From positions 108,996,001 to 109,060,000 of the forward strand of contig OZ024741.1 of assembly GCA_964016885.1 (NCBI GenBank): a stretch of DNA of 64,000 nt, in the 5' to 3' direction. The notes beneath the pieces were generated by a model. It searched no databases. It worked only from the letters and a program-made list of their open reading frames with translations, and was not told where the DNA came from. The position numbers were made by a program, and so were the translations under genes. This DNA is from Eledone cirrhosa. Lineage: Eukaryota. Shown here one piece after another: positions 62,821 to 64,000 of this stretch (position 1 is its first letter; each line of letters starts with the position of its first letter).

Positions 62821-64000
62821 AGTTGCATTTATCTTGCTTTATGTTCATACGAGTTATCACCAAGTCACAACCAGTGACCTCAAGAGACAACAAGGTCCGC
62901 CATGTTCAAGGAAGAACATACATACTCACACATGCATCTTTAGTGTTTAGACTTGTGATGTACTTATATTGACAGAATCTTCCTTATTATATGGGCAGTT
63001 CCCATTAGTACTATCTTTTGTATTTCTCCTATACGCGGGTTTCCTGGGATTTGCGATAAGTAATCATTAGACCCCTTAGGTATCATTCCCAGAGCGCCTA
63101 CAACCACTGGTATTGTTTTAGTTCTCAATTTCCACATTTTTTCAATTTCTATCTCCAGGTCCTTATACTTGCTCAATTTTTCAAATGTTTTTATAGATAC
63201 ATTCTTGTCTATTGGAACAGACATATCAATTAACAGGCATACCCTCTTTTGAAAGTCTTTCAATATTATATCAGGTCTGTTTGCATCTATTTTTCGGTCT
63301 GTTTGGATGCTAAAGTTCCACAAGATTGAGATGTGATCTTTTTCAAGTATGGGAGGTGGTTGATGCTCCCACCATTCTTTTGATGGGGCAGGTCAAAATG
63401 CTTACACATTATCCAATGTATGTATTGTGCAGCTCTGTCATGCCTGTTTAGGTATTCGGTTGGAGCTATAGGACTGCACATTGAAATTATATGGTCAATG
63501 GTCTCTGGTTGTTTTTTGCATACACGGCATAATGGGCTGCACCCATTTTTTATTATGTTGGCTTGGTAATTTTTTGTTGGCAGACACTGATCTTGTGCCG
63601 ATATAATCAGTCCTTCAGTCTCCGATTTCAGTCCAGAGGATGCCAACCACTGATGGGTTAAAGTTTGTCAACATCAGGATTGTTAGCTCGCTCTGGGTAT
63701 TTTCCATACAGAGGCTTTTCTTGCCATTTCTTAGCCAGTTTCTGTAGCAGTTCTTTCTTTGCAGTTACTTTTACCTGCTTTGCTTTTTCTGTGTTTTCCA
63801 TTTCAGCAGTAAATGGGACTTCTGAAATTTGTAGTCCATTACTGTATCTTTGTGCATCTTTTGTAATGGAATATGATCTTTTGATGCTTTCGTGTTTCAA
63901 AACGGGTTTGATCATCCAATCATGTGATTCCCTTAGATATGTAGATAATCCAATTGTTGCAGTTTTCAACGCAATGTCTAACTGGATTAACCCACGTCCT
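62820..64000 (-). mobile_element. R4/Dong-clade LINE family D2, 3' part (runs off the window)
   Basis: AQDQ, CRVC..ETIDHIISMC, RHD, RPDII, EKLSKYKDL; tail-to-tail with Tx1 copy 5 across (ATT)n. Confidence 0.92.

Overview
Eukaryotic, AT-rich, gene-poor DNA made almost entirely of microsatellites and retroelements. The SINE types suggest an octopus/cephalopod genome (inference). No host protein gene, rRNA, tRNA gene or CRISPR array is supportable; most short ORFs in the track are microsatellite or antisense artefacts. Zone 1 (about 1-32 kb) holds (TA)n-associated Penelope-like elements (PLEs). One is an intact, very young Naiad-type element (813-aa RT + GIY-YIG ORF, 2.9-kb pseudo-LTRs, inverted 5' piece) nested in an older PLE. 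Many short PLE-like remnants together carry at least 7 distinct type-I hammerhead ribozyme (HHR) designs. Several have hugely expanded stem II domains (up to 116 nt), one has a recurrent CAGAAGA core, and two sit in ~440-480-nt non-coding retrozyme-like units. Many of these insertions have two outward-facing 3' ends, one long and one short (twin-priming-like). Zone 2 (about 32-64 kb) is a pile-up of (ATT/TAA)n-targeting LINEs: six Tx1/L1-clade copies (one fully intact) and four R4/Dong-clade RLE copies, with a fifth R4/Dong copy at 28.9-30.1 kb. The two clades insert in opposite orientations on the repeat. Most novel signals: two different 5'UTR+ORF1 modules on one ORF2; a phase-matched GT-AG mini-intron over the ORF1 stop that would fuse ORF1 to ORF2; and a 3' motif CTTGTG-N8-AGAAA-N2-(ATT)n shared by the Tx1 LINEs and a tRNA-derived SINE. 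Identity values are by-eye estimates.
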